Below, in pieces: positions 1 through 8,920 of a DNA stretch of 32,000 bases (its first letter is position 1; each line of letters opens with the position of its first letter). The notes under the pieces were generated by a model. That model made no database searches and was not told the origin of the DNA. It saw only the letters and a list, made by a program, of their open reading frames with translations. This DNA is from Massilicoli timonensis (GTDB lineage: Bacteria > Bacillota_I > Bacilli_A > Erysipelotrichales > Erysipelotrichaceae), in contig NZ_LT963434.1 in the NCBI RefSeq assembly GCF_900199515.1, positions 753,272 through 785,271 of the forward strand, written 5' to 3'. A program made the position numbers and the translations under genes.

Positions 1-660
1 ATTTTCTTTCTGTCCATCGTACATATACGGACCGGTGCCGAGCGTTTTTGTCTTGGTGATTTCGGCAAGGCTTCCGTCTTCATTGTATCCGGCAGGGGAC
101 ATCATCGACATAGGCATGGGAACAGCGAAGTCCTGCAAAGCACCATAATATGGTGTTGTTAGCTTGACTGCCACAGTATATTCGTCCACAACAGTCACTT
201 CATCCAACAGGGTGCTGGTTAGCCCCCAGCCACCGTTGAACTCGGCCAGGATTCCCGGTATATTATCCAGATTGATTTTGACTGCCTCCGCATTAAAATC
301 GGTCCCATCTGAAAATTTTATTCCCTGCTTCAGATAAAAAGTATAAGTCAGTCCGTCGGGTGATACTTCCCATCGCTCCGCAAGGCCAGGAACGATTTCT
401 CCATCCTCATATCGCACCAGCGTTTCATAAAAGTTTGTCAGGAAGTAATACAGACCGTAAGTACCATTGGTCACATTGGGTGCCTGGAGTGAAAAGAAGC
501 CGCCTTCAAAATCCCAGCTTTCGCAGAAAGTCACTTCTTTGACGGTATTCTCTTGGCTGGTGGAAGGGGGCGAATCGGGGTCTGAAGCGCAGCCAGAAAA
601 AGATAAGGTGGTCATCACTGCAGTAAGAAGCAGTGCCAGTAGTTTTTTAATTCGTTTCAT
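1..660 (-). CDS. ABC transporter substrate-binding lipoprotein, family 5 (Opp/Dpp/Nik type), N-terminal part; gene runs off the left edge
   Basis: Absent from the ORF track because it is truncated. Minus-strand ATG at 658-660 follows GGAGGA (667-672). Translation MKRIKKLLALLLTAVMTTLSFSGCASD... has a signal peptide plus lipobox (LSFSGC) and later LGTGPYMY, a GTGPY-type motif of family-5 SBPs. Last gene of the importer operon. Confidence 0.8.
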   Translation of the reverse strand, partial: MKRIKKLLALLLTAVMTTLSFSGCASDPDSPPSTSQENTVKEVTFCESWDFEGGFFSLQAPNVTNGTYGLYYFLTNFYETLVRYEDGEIVPGLAERWEVSPDGLTYTFYLKQGIKFSDGTDFNAEAVKINLDNIPGILAEFNGGWGLTSTLLDEVTVVDEYTVAVKLTTPYYGALQDFAVPMPMSMMSPAGYNEDGSLAEITKTKTLGTGPYMYDGQKEN

Positions 661-671
661 TATGATTCCTC

Positions 672-1457
672 CTAACGATTATAAGGTGTTTTGGGAGGGA
701 GTGATTCGATCAACTCCCTCGAATATGGGTGGTTAAAGTCGTCATATCCATGAGCGTCAGTAATGGATTCGACGATTTTTCCCTCTTTCATGACAAAAAT
801 ATGATCGGCCATGTAAAGTGCCACATCAATATCATGTGTGATGAACAGAAAGGTGCTTTGATACTCCTGTCTCAAATTCAGAAGAAGGTCCAGAACCTTT
901 TTCTGGACGGTAACATCCAGTCCGCTGACGGACTCATCGAAAATCACCAGCCGCGGAGCAAGCGCCATAGCTCGCGCAATGCAAACCCTGCTTTGCTGGC
1001 CACCACTAAGTTCACTTGGAAAACGCATCAATATATCGTCCTGCAGCTGTACTTTGTGCAAAATGTCATGTACTGTGTGCTGTTCTTCCTGCCGGGTAAG
1101 ATGCCGTAATTTTCGCAAGGGTTCCGCAATGCTCTCATAGATGCGACGTCGAGGATCAAGCGCTCCCTGACTGTTTTGTAAAACTAATTGAACTTCTCCA
1201 TGCATCAGCCGAAGTTCCTTGGGGGAGAGGGCCCAGATATTATTTCCGTCTAACAGTATCTCACCGTTTGTGGGGGGAAGTATGGCTGCCAGCATCATCG
1301 CCAGCGTGCTCTTTCCGCTGCCACTTTCTCCGACCAGTGCATAAGGTGTATTTTCCAGCAGAGAAAAGGAAACATCATTTACGGATACAAATGGTTCTTT
1401 ACTTTTTGGCGATCTGCGTGACAAGTAAGTTCTTGTCAAGTGTCGAACTTCTATCAC
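672..1457 (-). CDS. ABC transporter ATP-binding protein (OppF/DppF/NikE-like)
   Basis: Walker A GESGSGKST, signature LSGGQQSR, Walker B LVIFDE. GTG start 4 nt after the upstream stop, preceded by AAGGGGGTGAT. Confidence 0.9.
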   Translation of the reverse strand: MIEVRHLTRTYLSRRSPKSKEPFVSVNDVSFSLLENTPYALVGESGSGKSTLAMMLAAILPPTNGEILLDGNNIWALSPKELRLMHGEVQLVLQNSQGALDPRRRIYESIAEPLRKLRHLTRQEEQHTVHDILHKVQLQDDILMRFPSELSGGQQSRVCIARAMALAPRLVIFDESVSGLDVTVQKKVLDLLLNLRQEYQSTFLFITHDIDVALYMADHIFVMKEGKIVESITDAHGYDDFNHPYSRELIESLPPKTPYNR

Positions 1458-1461
1458 AGAA

Positions 1462-2244
1462 TCACCCCCTTTTCAGATTGCTTGCTTGCAATAGTTCCTG
1501 CGTATAAGGCTGCGTAGGTTTATCAAAAATTTGATATACAGATCCGTGTTCTACCACTGAACCGTCATGTAGAACCACTACATCATCTGCCAGTTTTGCG
1601 AGGACGCCAAAATTGTGCGTGACAACAATCATCGAAATTCCCGCATTACGAATAGCAGTAAACTCTTCCAAAATAACTGCTTGTGTATGTACATCCAACG
1701 CAGTCGTAGCCTCATCCGCAATGATGAGCTCCGGGGAAAGTAGCAAAGCCAGTGCAATCATGATCCGCTGTAACATCCCACCGCTCAGTTCGTGAGGATA
1801 ACTGTTCAAAATGCGGGGAACATCATCCAAACCAAGTTTGGCTAATTCTTGCGTAATAGAAGCTATGGCCTGTTCCTTGGAGCTTTGCTGATGTGCGCGA
1901 AGGGTCTCCACCATTTGGCTGCCAATACGAGTAACAGGATCGAAAGCAGTCATGGGATTCTGCATAATCATAGCGATATGATTTCCACGCAACGGCCGCA
2001 GTTTTTTCGATGGTAGCTTGAATAAATCCTGACCTTTGAAAAGAGCTTCGCCACTGATGAGAAAACGACTGGGGTCCAAAAGCCCCATCAAGGCCCGGCA
2101 TGTCATGCTTTTGCCGCTACCGCTTTCCCCGATGATTCCTAAAATTTGACCTGAATTGGCTTGGAAACTCACATCGTTTACTAATGAAGTACCTTTTTTC
2201 TTTAATCTTACTGATAAATGATTGACTGTAAGCAATGGTTCCAT
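1462..2244 (-). CDS. ABC transporter ATP-binding protein (OppD/DppD/NikD-like)
   Basis: Walker A GESGSGKSM, signature LSGGMLQR, Walker B LIIADE. I moved the start from 2289 to the ATG at 2244 (MEPLLTVNHL), which follows GGAGGAGG and sits 1 nt past the permease stop. Confidence 0.9.
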   Translation of the reverse strand: MEPLLTVNHLSVRLKKKGTSLVNDVSFQANSGQILGIIGESGSGKSMTCRALMGLLDPSRFLISGEALFKGQDLFKLPSKKLRPLRGNHIAMIMQNPMTAFDPVTRIGSQMVETLRAHQQSSKEQAIASITQELAKLGLDDVPRILNSYPHELSGGMLQRIMIALALLLSPELIIADEATTALDVHTQAVILEEFTAIRNAGISMIVVTHNFGVLAKLADDVVVLHDGSVVEHGSVYQIFDKPTQPYTQELLQASNLKRG

Positions 2245-2245
2245 G

Positions 2246-3064
2246 TCATTCCTCCTCCGGAGAAAGAATATCGCGCAGGGCCTCACCAAAAAGGTTGAAG
2301 CCAGCTGCAGTCAACAGGATACAGGTGCCGGGGTAGACAATCAGCATGGGATTTGAATAAAGGTACTGCTTGGCGCTGTTCAGCATTGCACCCCATTCCG
2401 GAATATCATTTCCAAGCCCAAGGCCAAGAAATGAGTAGCCTGAAATCATCAGAATAATCGAAGCGATGCCTGTGCTAAAGTAAACGACAAGCAACGGCAG
2501 GATATTGGGCAAGATATGGGAGAATAAAATGTCTGCCCCGCTACACCCGGAAATTTTTGCAGCAGTGATATAATCCTTGTCTTTTTCTATCAGAACATAA
2601 CTGCGAACTACTTTTACAAACCATACCCACATGGAAAGGATAATGGAAAGAATGAGATTGACCGCTCCTTGACCGATTACACCAATAAGAGTCAGTACGA
2701 TGACCAACGGTGGAAAAGCCATAAAAATATCACAGACAATGGTCATAAGCCGATCAAATATCCCGCCAAACCAAGCGCACAACATACCAAGCGTTGTACC
2801 GATCAAAGCGAGAAATGCTAAAATCGGCAACGCCAGGCCAAGAGAGTATCTGGCCCCATACAATAAACGTGATAAAACACAGCGTCCCAACTGGTCTGTG
2901 CCGAAAGGATACTCATTGCATGGTTCTAAAAATTTTTTTGTGATGTCAACCGCCATAGGATCATGAGGCGCGAGAAAAGGAGCAAGCACGCCCATAAGCA
3001 GAATGATTGCAATTAAAAGGGTCCCTATGACAGCCTGTGGATTATGTAACAGCTTATTCCTCAA
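2246..3064 (-). CDS. ABC importer permease (OppC/DppC/NikC-like)
   Basis: 272-aa polytopic membrane protein with the layout of BPD-type inner-membrane components. TTG start overlaps the upstream permease stop. Confidence 0.85.
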   Translation of the reverse strand: MRNKLLHNPQAVIGTLLIAIILLMGVLAPFLAPHDPMAVDITKKFLEPCNEYPFGTDQLGRCVLSRLLYGARYSLGLALPILAFLALIGTTLGMLCAWFGGIFDRLMTIVCDIFMAFPPLVIVLTLIGVIGQGAVNLILSIILSMWVWFVKVVRSYVLIEKDKDYITAAKISGCSGADILFSHILPNILPLLVVYFSTGIASIILMISGYSFLGLGLGNDIPEWGAMLNSAKQYLYSNPMLIVYPGTCILLTAAGFNLFGEALRDILSPEEE

Positions 3065-4002
3065 ACTACCTTGCCCTCCTTTCCGCTTATCATGCGTGGA
3101 TTTAACGCTCGATTGACCAGTTCTCCTACCGTATTGCAGATAACAAAAATCAGTCCGAGAACCAAAACACAGCCTGTAATAACAGGAAGGTCCCGATTAA
3201 CAATGGCACTGACAAAATAATTTCCCAGCCCCGGCCAGGAAAACACACTCTCCACAATGGCACTACCGCCAATCATCATCCCAATGTTTTGGAAAAACAA
3301 GGTGACCATAGGGGGCAAGGCATTTTTCAGAACATGCTTCCAAAGGATCTGAGCGGTAGACAGTCCTCTGGCCTGTGCGTAAATCACATAATCTTTTTTC
3401 AGATTTTCCAGGATCGTGGCCCGGAGCATCCGGACGGAAGAAGACACAACTGATGCCGCCAGTGTGATCGACGGCAGAATCAGGCTGCGCAAATTTCCGT
3501 AATCCACGACCTTGAATACCGGAATACGAATTGCAAAAGCGGTTAATAGAAGATACCCAAGCCAAAAAGCAGGAATGGAAATCCCAAGAATCGTAATTAT
3601 CCGAATCAAATGGTCGCAAAACCGATCCTTTCTGACTGCTGACACAATTCCAAGCGGAATGGTAATCAGGACAATCCATAACAGTGCCATTCCCACCAGA
3701 AAAAGCGTAGCAGTCAATTTTCCTGCCATCTCCTGTATTACAGGCTGATTGCTCTGATAAGAAGTCCCGAGATCTCCGCGCAGGCAGTTGCCGACCCATC
3801 GAGCATATTGTGTCAGGATTGGTTGATCCAGCCCTTTTTCTGTACGAATGTCTTGGATCTGCTCTTGTGTTGGGTTGCTGTAAATACGTCGGGCAATCGC
3901 TTCTGCTGGATCGACCGAGGATAGATTTGCCAAAATGAAGGACAGCAGGCTCACACCGATGAGCACGATCAGAACTCTTATCAGTTTTTTTATGAAATGC
4001 AA
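3061..4002 (-). CDS. ABC importer permease (OppB/DppB/NikB-like)
   Basis: 313 aa. N-terminus xHFIKKLIRVLIVLIGVSLLSF is typical of DppB-type permeases. Non-ATG (TTG) start close to GGAGGA, so the exact start is uncertain. Confidence 0.85.
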   Translation of the reverse strand: MHFIKKLIRVLIVLIGVSLLSFILANLSSVDPAEAIARRIYSNPTQEQIQDIRTEKGLDQPILTQYARWVGNCLRGDLGTSYQSNQPVIQEMAGKLTATLFLVGMALLWIVLITIPLGIVSAVRKDRFCDHLIRIITILGISIPAFWLGYLLLTAFAIRIPVFKVVDYGNLRSLILPSITLAASVVSSSVRMLRATILENLKKDYVIYAQARGLSTAQILWKHVLKNALPPMVTLFFQNIGMMIGGSAIVESVFSWPGLGNYFVSAIVNRDLPVITGCVLVLGLIFVICNTVGELVNRALNPRMISGKEGKVV

Positions 4003-4035
4003 AATCCTCCTCTCTCCCTTCTTGCAAAAATAAAA

Positions 4036-4071
4036 ATGTGGAGTGATTAGCTGAAACTAACCAGTCCACAT
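4036..4071. terminator. Strong bidirectional terminator-like hairpin 34 nt upstream of the importer start; also carries the shared ATGTGG..TTAGCTG-N3-CTAAC motif
   Basis: GTGGAGTGATTAG (4038-4050) pairs with CTAACCAGTCCAC (4057-4069). On the minus strand it is followed by ATTTTTATTTTTG, on the plus strand by ATTTTATATT. Confidence 0.5.
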
Positions 4072-4228
4072 TTTATATTAAATCAGCGTTACTATCAATA
4101 GTGTGGCGATATTGGAAAGTACAATTTAGGAATCGTTGGAAACGCCATTAAACCCAGTGGTTTTCCATGATACAAACGAAAAAATTAAAAATATTGTGAT
4201 AGATAAAAACTGTATCGTGACACTATTA

Positions 4229-5206
4229 TCATTTAATCTTGTGAATGTTGCGGTACTCTTGTGGCCCCATGCCAAAGGTATCTCTGAATAATTTGGAAAA
4301 ATGACCTGCATTTCGATAGCCCACTTTGAGAGCCACGGTACGGATACTATCATCCGAATCCTGAAGAAGCAGCAAAGCGTAGTTCATTCGCATGACCTTG
4401 AGATATTCATAGGCTGTCGTTCCATACACTTGTCGAAAAGCCATCTGGAAACGGGAGGGACTCATATTTGCGGTTTGAGCCAATTCGGAGATCGAAGGGT
4501 AAGCCGCCAAATCCCGCTTCATCAGCGTAACAGCCTTTCCGAGAGATCGCTTATCCTTTTTATCCAATTTAACCGGCAGGTGTCGCCGGTTTTGCTCTTG
4601 CTCCAAATTATGTGTAACCAACGACAGGAGCTCCATGACCTTTCCTTCCATGTAGAGTGTGCGAGCGCTCCCCTCCGCAGGGCAGTCCTTGATCTGCTGA
4701 AAAACGAAGTTCAATTCAGGTGAGTTGGGGTTTTGCAACAGATAATCCAGCGCATTTTTGGAAGTTTCATAGGTGTCTCCATAACGCCGCTGTAAAAACT
4801 GATCAAAATAGGAGCGGGTAACGATCACCTTGGTAAATCGGGTTGGCTTGCCAGCTTCGCAAAACGCATAAGCAGTCTTGTGAGAGTTTGCATAGCAGCA
4901 GATTCCTCGATCCACTTGTTTGATTTTGCGCCCACCCACTTTGAAAGAGCTGGAATCTGTCTCGAACTGGCTGATTTCAAAATACTCCTGCTTAATTTCT
5001 GAAACCTTTTCAAAATTTTCCTGTGGCGTGAAATCCGCCAGGACAATGAGAAACTGCTGGTGAAAATTGAGAATGCGAACACTGCCAGAACCATAATCGG
5101 ACAACATCCGATAAGTGTCACAACATTCATCTGACTGCTCTGCCACACGCACAAAATGCAAGTGTTTTGGCAGATCCATATAATAGTCAATTACGGTCTG
5201 TTCCAT
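4229..5206 (-). CDS. AraC-family transcriptional regulator (PchR/YbtA-like architecture)
   Basis: C-terminal double HTH (...SISELAQTANMSPSRFQMAFRQVYG...VGYRNAGHFSKLFRDTFGMGPQEYR). Central LYMEGKVMELLSLV resembles the linker helix of siderophore-responsive AraC regulators. RBS GGAGGTG. Confidence 0.9.
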   Translation of the reverse strand: MEQTVIDYYMDLPKHLHFVRVAEQSDECCDTYRMLSDYGSGSVRILNFHQQFLIVLADFTPQENFEKVSEIKQEYFEISQFETDSSSFKVGGRKIKQVDRGICCYANSHKTAYAFCEAGKPTRFTKVIVTRSYFDQFLQRRYGDTYETSKNALDYLLQNPNSPELNFVFQQIKDCPAEGSARTLYMEGKVMELLSLVTHNLEQEQNRRHLPVKLDKKDKRSLGKAVTLMKRDLAAYPSISELAQTANMSPSRFQMAFRQVYGTTAYEYLKVMRMNYALLLLQDSDDSIRTVALKVGYRNAGHFSKLFRDTFGMGPQEYRNIHKIK

Positions 5207-5402
5207 AGGTTCACCTCCATATGTTCAGCATATCACAAGATAGTATCACAATCAAGTATTTTTATATCAAGATATTTCTAAAACGCTTGGCAAAAAGTTG
5301 ACAAAACCCTTGTGTTTACAATGCTTTTTCACCGGATTGAAAATCAAATTTGAAATGAACAGAATAATTGATTTTTGCTTTTCCAGGTTGTAATCTATAG
5401 CC

Positions 5403-5423
5403 ATGTGGTTAGCTGCTTCTAAC
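5403..5423 (+). promoter_or_regulatory. Second copy of the ATGTGG-TTAGCTG-N3-CTAAC motif, 30 nt upstream of the ABC gene start
   Basis: ATGTGGTTAGCTGCTTCTAAC versus ATGTGG(AGTGA)TTAGCTGAAACTAAC at 4036-4061, both on the plus strand. The half-sites GTTAG/CTAAC form an inverted repeat. Confidence 0.45.
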
Positions 5424-5452
5424 GAATAAATCTAACAAGGAGGAGGCTCAAT

Positions 5453-7183
5453 ATGCAACGCAAAAATACCTTGAGCGTTCTAACATTGATGAAAGAAGAG
5501 CGCGGTAGACTGTCAGCCGGTATTTTTTTGGCGATACTCTGCTCGGCGCTTTCCTTTGTACCGTATTTTGTAATCTATCAGATGATTTTGTCTCTGATCC
5601 GGCAAACGCTTTCTTTCTCCAACGCCCTATTTTGGGCTATGGTTGCCGTGGTGGCTGCTGTTTTACAAAATGTATTGCTCTCATGTGCCACTATTTGCAC
5701 ACACACGGCAGCATTCAATACCATGCACCGCCTGAAACTCCGTGTGCTGGAACATCTCTCCCGGCTGAATCTCGGCTTTTTCCATGACCATGCACCTGGC
5801 CGACTGAAAGGAGCATTGTTCGATGATATTGGACGGTTAGAAGACTTTATTGCTCACAATACTATTGAGCTTGCACAGGCGATTGTGGTTCCAGTGCTGC
5901 TATTCTTGCTTCTTCTGTTTCTCCAACCGGTCATGGCTCTGTGTATGTTGATTCCTGCAGTTTTAGGAATCGCCCTTCCTATGGCAATGATGCGGAGATA
6001 CCCAGATTTGACAAATGAATATGCGAAAACCATGTCGGAGCTGTCTGGCTCTGTCAATGAGTTTGTAAGCTGTATGCCCATTATCAAAATGTATGGACTT
6101 ACAGCAGAGAAATTCAAAAAATACAGTTCGGCAGCTTTAGCTTATACCGGATGTCTGAAAAAGATGGCTGGTTGCTCCTGCCGACCGATTGCCATTACGA
6201 TTGTTATTTTGGATTCTGGTATTTTGTTTACCCTTCCTATCGGGGGCCTTCTTTATTTGAACGGGGGACTTACCGCGGAAGTCTTTTTGCTGTTTATCCT
6301 GTTGACGATGTGCTTTTACAGCGCCTTTTTCAGTCTTCTGAATATCATGATGGGGCACATGGAGCTGGAAAGCGGGCTTGCCAGCATTAAAGAAATCTTA
6401 AATACCCAGCCCATTTGTGGCGGTGATAAGAAACTTCCGAAAACCGGGAGTTATGAAGTTCGTTTCGATGATGTGTGCTTTGGATATGACCGGGACAGAC
6501 AGGCTCTCTCCCATGTGTCACTGACGCTGAACCCCGGAACACTGACCGCCTTTGTCGGTCCATCCGGTGCCGGGAAAACAACTGCGGCCCAGTTGATTGG
6601 ACGGTATTGGGATACAGACAGTGGCACGATTTCTATTGGCGGAGTTCCCCTGCAAGATATAGATTCCGAATCGCTGATGGATTTGACAGCGTTTGTGTTT
6701 CAAGATGTTTTCTTGATGGAGGATACCCTGTTTGAGAATATCCGTATGGGAAGCAATGCAACGGAGGAGCAGGTCATAGCCGCTGCCAAGGCCGCGCAGA
6801 TCGATGATTTTATCTGCACACTTCCGCAAGGATACCAGACGAGAATTGGGGATAAGGGAGTGAAGTTGTCCGGAGGCCAGCAGCAGCGGATCGCCATTGC
6901 CCGTGCTATCCTGAAGGATGCTCCCATCGTGATTTTTGATGAAGCGACTTCCTATTCTGATATTGAAAACGAACATAAAATCCAGCTCGCCCTTCAAAGC
7001 CTTTTGAAAGGAAAGACAACCATCATGATTGCCCACCGTCTGCATACCATACGAAACGCAGATAACATTGTGGTATTCGATGCTGGTCAAATTGTAGAAC
7101 AGGGACGGCATGAGGACTTGGTGGCTGCCGGGGGGATATACAGTCATATGTGGAAGGCTTATTTGGGAAAGGAGGCGGTCTGA
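5453..7183 (+). CDS. ABC transporter, fused permease/ATP-binding protein (exporter fold; YbtP/IrtA-like or MDR-type)
   Basis: 576 aa. N-terminal 6-TM domain, then Walker A GPSGAGKTT, LSGGQQQRIAIARA and IVIFDEATS. RBS AAGGAGGAGG. Confidence 0.9.
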   Translation: MQRKNTLSVLTLMKEERGRLSAGIFLAILCSALSFVPYFVIYQMILSLIRQTLSFSNALFWAMVAVVAAVLQNVLLSCATICTHTAAFNTMHRLKLRVLEHLSRLNLGFFHDHAPGRLKGALFDDIGRLEDFIAHNTIELAQAIVVPVLLFLLLLFLQPVMALCMLIPAVLGIALPMAMMRRYPDLTNEYAKTMSELSGSVNEFVSCMPIIKMYGLTAEKFKKYSSAALAYTGCLKKMAGCSCRPIAITIVILDSGILFTLPIGGLLYLNGGLTAEVFLLFILLTMCFYSAFFSLLNIMMGHMELESGLASIKEILNTQPICGGDKKLPKTGSYEVRFDDVCFGYDRDRQALSHVSLTLNPGTLTAFVGPSGAGKTTAAQLIGRYWDTDSGTISIGGVPLQDIDSESLMDLTAFVFQDVFLMEDTLFENIRMGSNATEEQVIAAAKAAQIDDFICTLPQGYQTRIGDKGVKLSGGQQQRIAIARAILKDAPIVIFDEATSYSDIENEHKIQLALQSLLKGKTTIMIAHRLHTIRNADNIVVFDAGQIVEQGRHEDLVAAGGIYSHMWKAYLGKEAV

Positions 7184-8916
7184 TGCTACATACAATTCAA
7201 AAGTTGATTGGAAAGAGCAAAAAGGAATTATATTTTCCCATCTTTCTTATGTGCATTGATTCCATGGGCAGCATGGCACTTTATTTTGTCCTGTATCTAA
7301 CGGTGCTGGATCTCTTTTTCGGCACACTTACCATGAACAAAATTGGCATTTACACACTGGCCTGCTTGTTGGGGGTGATTTATCGGATCATCGTTTACCG
7401 GAAAAGCTATCTCCTTTGTTTTGAAAGAGCCTTCAATGTAACAGGACAGTTCCGAATTAAGCTGGCTGATCATTTCCGTAAATTGAGTCTTGGCTATTTC
7501 AACCAGAACAGTACGGGATACCTGATCAATACCATGACGAACGACATGGGGAGCTTCGAGGGCGTTTTGTCTCATGCACTGTCTTTCCTGATGAAAACCG
7601 TAACTCTTTGCGGTCTTATACTGGTTGGCACCTTTTTCATCAACTGGAAACTTGCACTGGCGGAATGCGTGGTTCTCCTTTTTGCTGTTCCGTTACTGCG
7701 TTGGGGAAACCGTTTGGTAGAGCAACTCGGAACAAAAAAGAGGACAATGACGGCCCGCATGGTCTCTACCGTAATGGAGTACATCAAAGGAATTAAAATA
7801 TTCAAGGCCCACAACATGACTTCCACCCACTTTGAGCGCCTGCTGGAGAGCTTGGAAAAAGTACGGAAAATCAGCGTACAAATTGAGTGTCAGATGGCTC
7901 CGCCTACGGCGATTTACTCGATCCTTGTCAATTTTCTGATGCCATTGGTCCTGTTGGGGGGCAGCTATTTATTGCTGGGCGGGCAGATTCCAAATGAATC
8001 CTTTATTGCGTTTCTTATTATGAGCATGGCAATCTCCGGCCTGCTAATCTCTTTTGAGCATTACTACATTATGCTCAAGGACTTGAAACTGGCTGCAGAT
8101 AATCTGGAAAAAGCAATGTCCCATGCCCCGCTGCCCTATCAGGATGATAGCTTTACTCTGGAACAGTATGATGTTGCATTTCAAAAGGTTTGCTTCTCCT
8201 ATGACAACGGAGAAGAAGTGCTACATCACATTAGCTTTACAGCTCCAGAAGGAAGTGTGACTGCGTTGATAGGCCCATCCGGCTCTGGGAAATCGACGGT
8301 TGCAAATCTGATCGCGCGTTTTTGGGATGTAAGTTCAGGTGTAATTACCATTGGTGGCCGGGATATTCGAGAGTTGGAGCCAGATCGTCTGTTGCAATCA
8401 ATCAGCGCTGTGTTCCAAGAAAATACACTGCTCTCCGACACGATTCTAAATAATATTCGTGTTGGAAAACCGGATGCGACCATGGAGGAAGTCATCGTTG
8501 CGGCAAAGGCGGCGTGCTGTCACGATTTCATCTCAAAACTGCCGGACGGATATAACACAGTTTTGGCAGAAGGTGGAGCTTCCCTGTCTGGAGGGGAGAA
8601 ACAGCGGATAGCTATCGCAAGAGCTATTTTGAAAAACGCTCCTATTCTGTTATTGGACGAATCCACAGCATCACTGGACGCAGATAACGAAGAGCGGATT
8701 AACCGGGCGTTAGACCACTTAATGAAGGGAAAGACAGTTTTTGTCATAGCGCACCGGCTTAACACTATTCAGAATGCCGATCAAATCATCCTATTAAACA
8801 ATGGGAACATTGAAGAAATTGGAACACATTTAGAACTGCTCAAAAAGAGAGGACACTATTATTCCATGATCCAGGAACAGGAAAAGGCAAAAGCCTGGAT
8901 TGCGAAAGGAGAGTAA
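7183..8916 (+). CDS. ABC transporter, fused permease/ATP-binding protein (heterodimer partner)
   Basis: Start moved to the ATG at 7183, an ATGA overlap with the upstream stop, after GGAGG at 7171-7175. Walker A GPSGSGKST, LSGGEKQRIAIARA, ILLLDEST. Confidence 0.9.
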   Translation: MLHTIQKLIGKSKKELYFPIFLMCIDSMGSMALYFVLYLTVLDLFFGTLTMNKIGIYTLACLLGVIYRIIVYRKSYLLCFERAFNVTGQFRIKLADHFRKLSLGYFNQNSTGYLINTMTNDMGSFEGVLSHALSFLMKTVTLCGLILVGTFFINWKLALAECVVLLFAVPLLRWGNRLVEQLGTKKRTMTARMVSTVMEYIKGIKIFKAHNMTSTHFERLLESLEKVRKISVQIECQMAPPTAIYSILVNFLMPLVLLGGSYLLLGGQIPNESFIAFLIMSMAISGLLISFEHYYIMLKDLKLAADNLEKAMSHAPLPYQDDSFTLEQYDVAFQKVCFSYDNGEEVLHHISFTAPEGSVTALIGPSGSGKSTVANLIARFWDVSSGVITIGGRDIRELEPDRLLQSISAVFQENTLLSDTILNNIRVGKPDATMEEVIVAAKAACCHDFISKLPDGYNTVLAEGGASLSGGEKQRIAIARAILKNAPILLLDESTASLDADNEERINRALDHLMKGKTVFVIAHRLNTIQNADQIILLNNGNIEEIGTHLELLKKRGHYYSMIQEQEKAKAWIAKGE

Positions 8917-8920
8917 GAAG

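Noticed and set aside
3263-4069. 268-aa alternative-frame minus-strand ORF over the permease gene, and similar shadow ORFs (e.g. 6518-7195, 729-1109, 4301-4723)
   Set aside because: They overlap well-supported ABC or AraC genes in other frames or on the other strand, and their translations are not protein-like.
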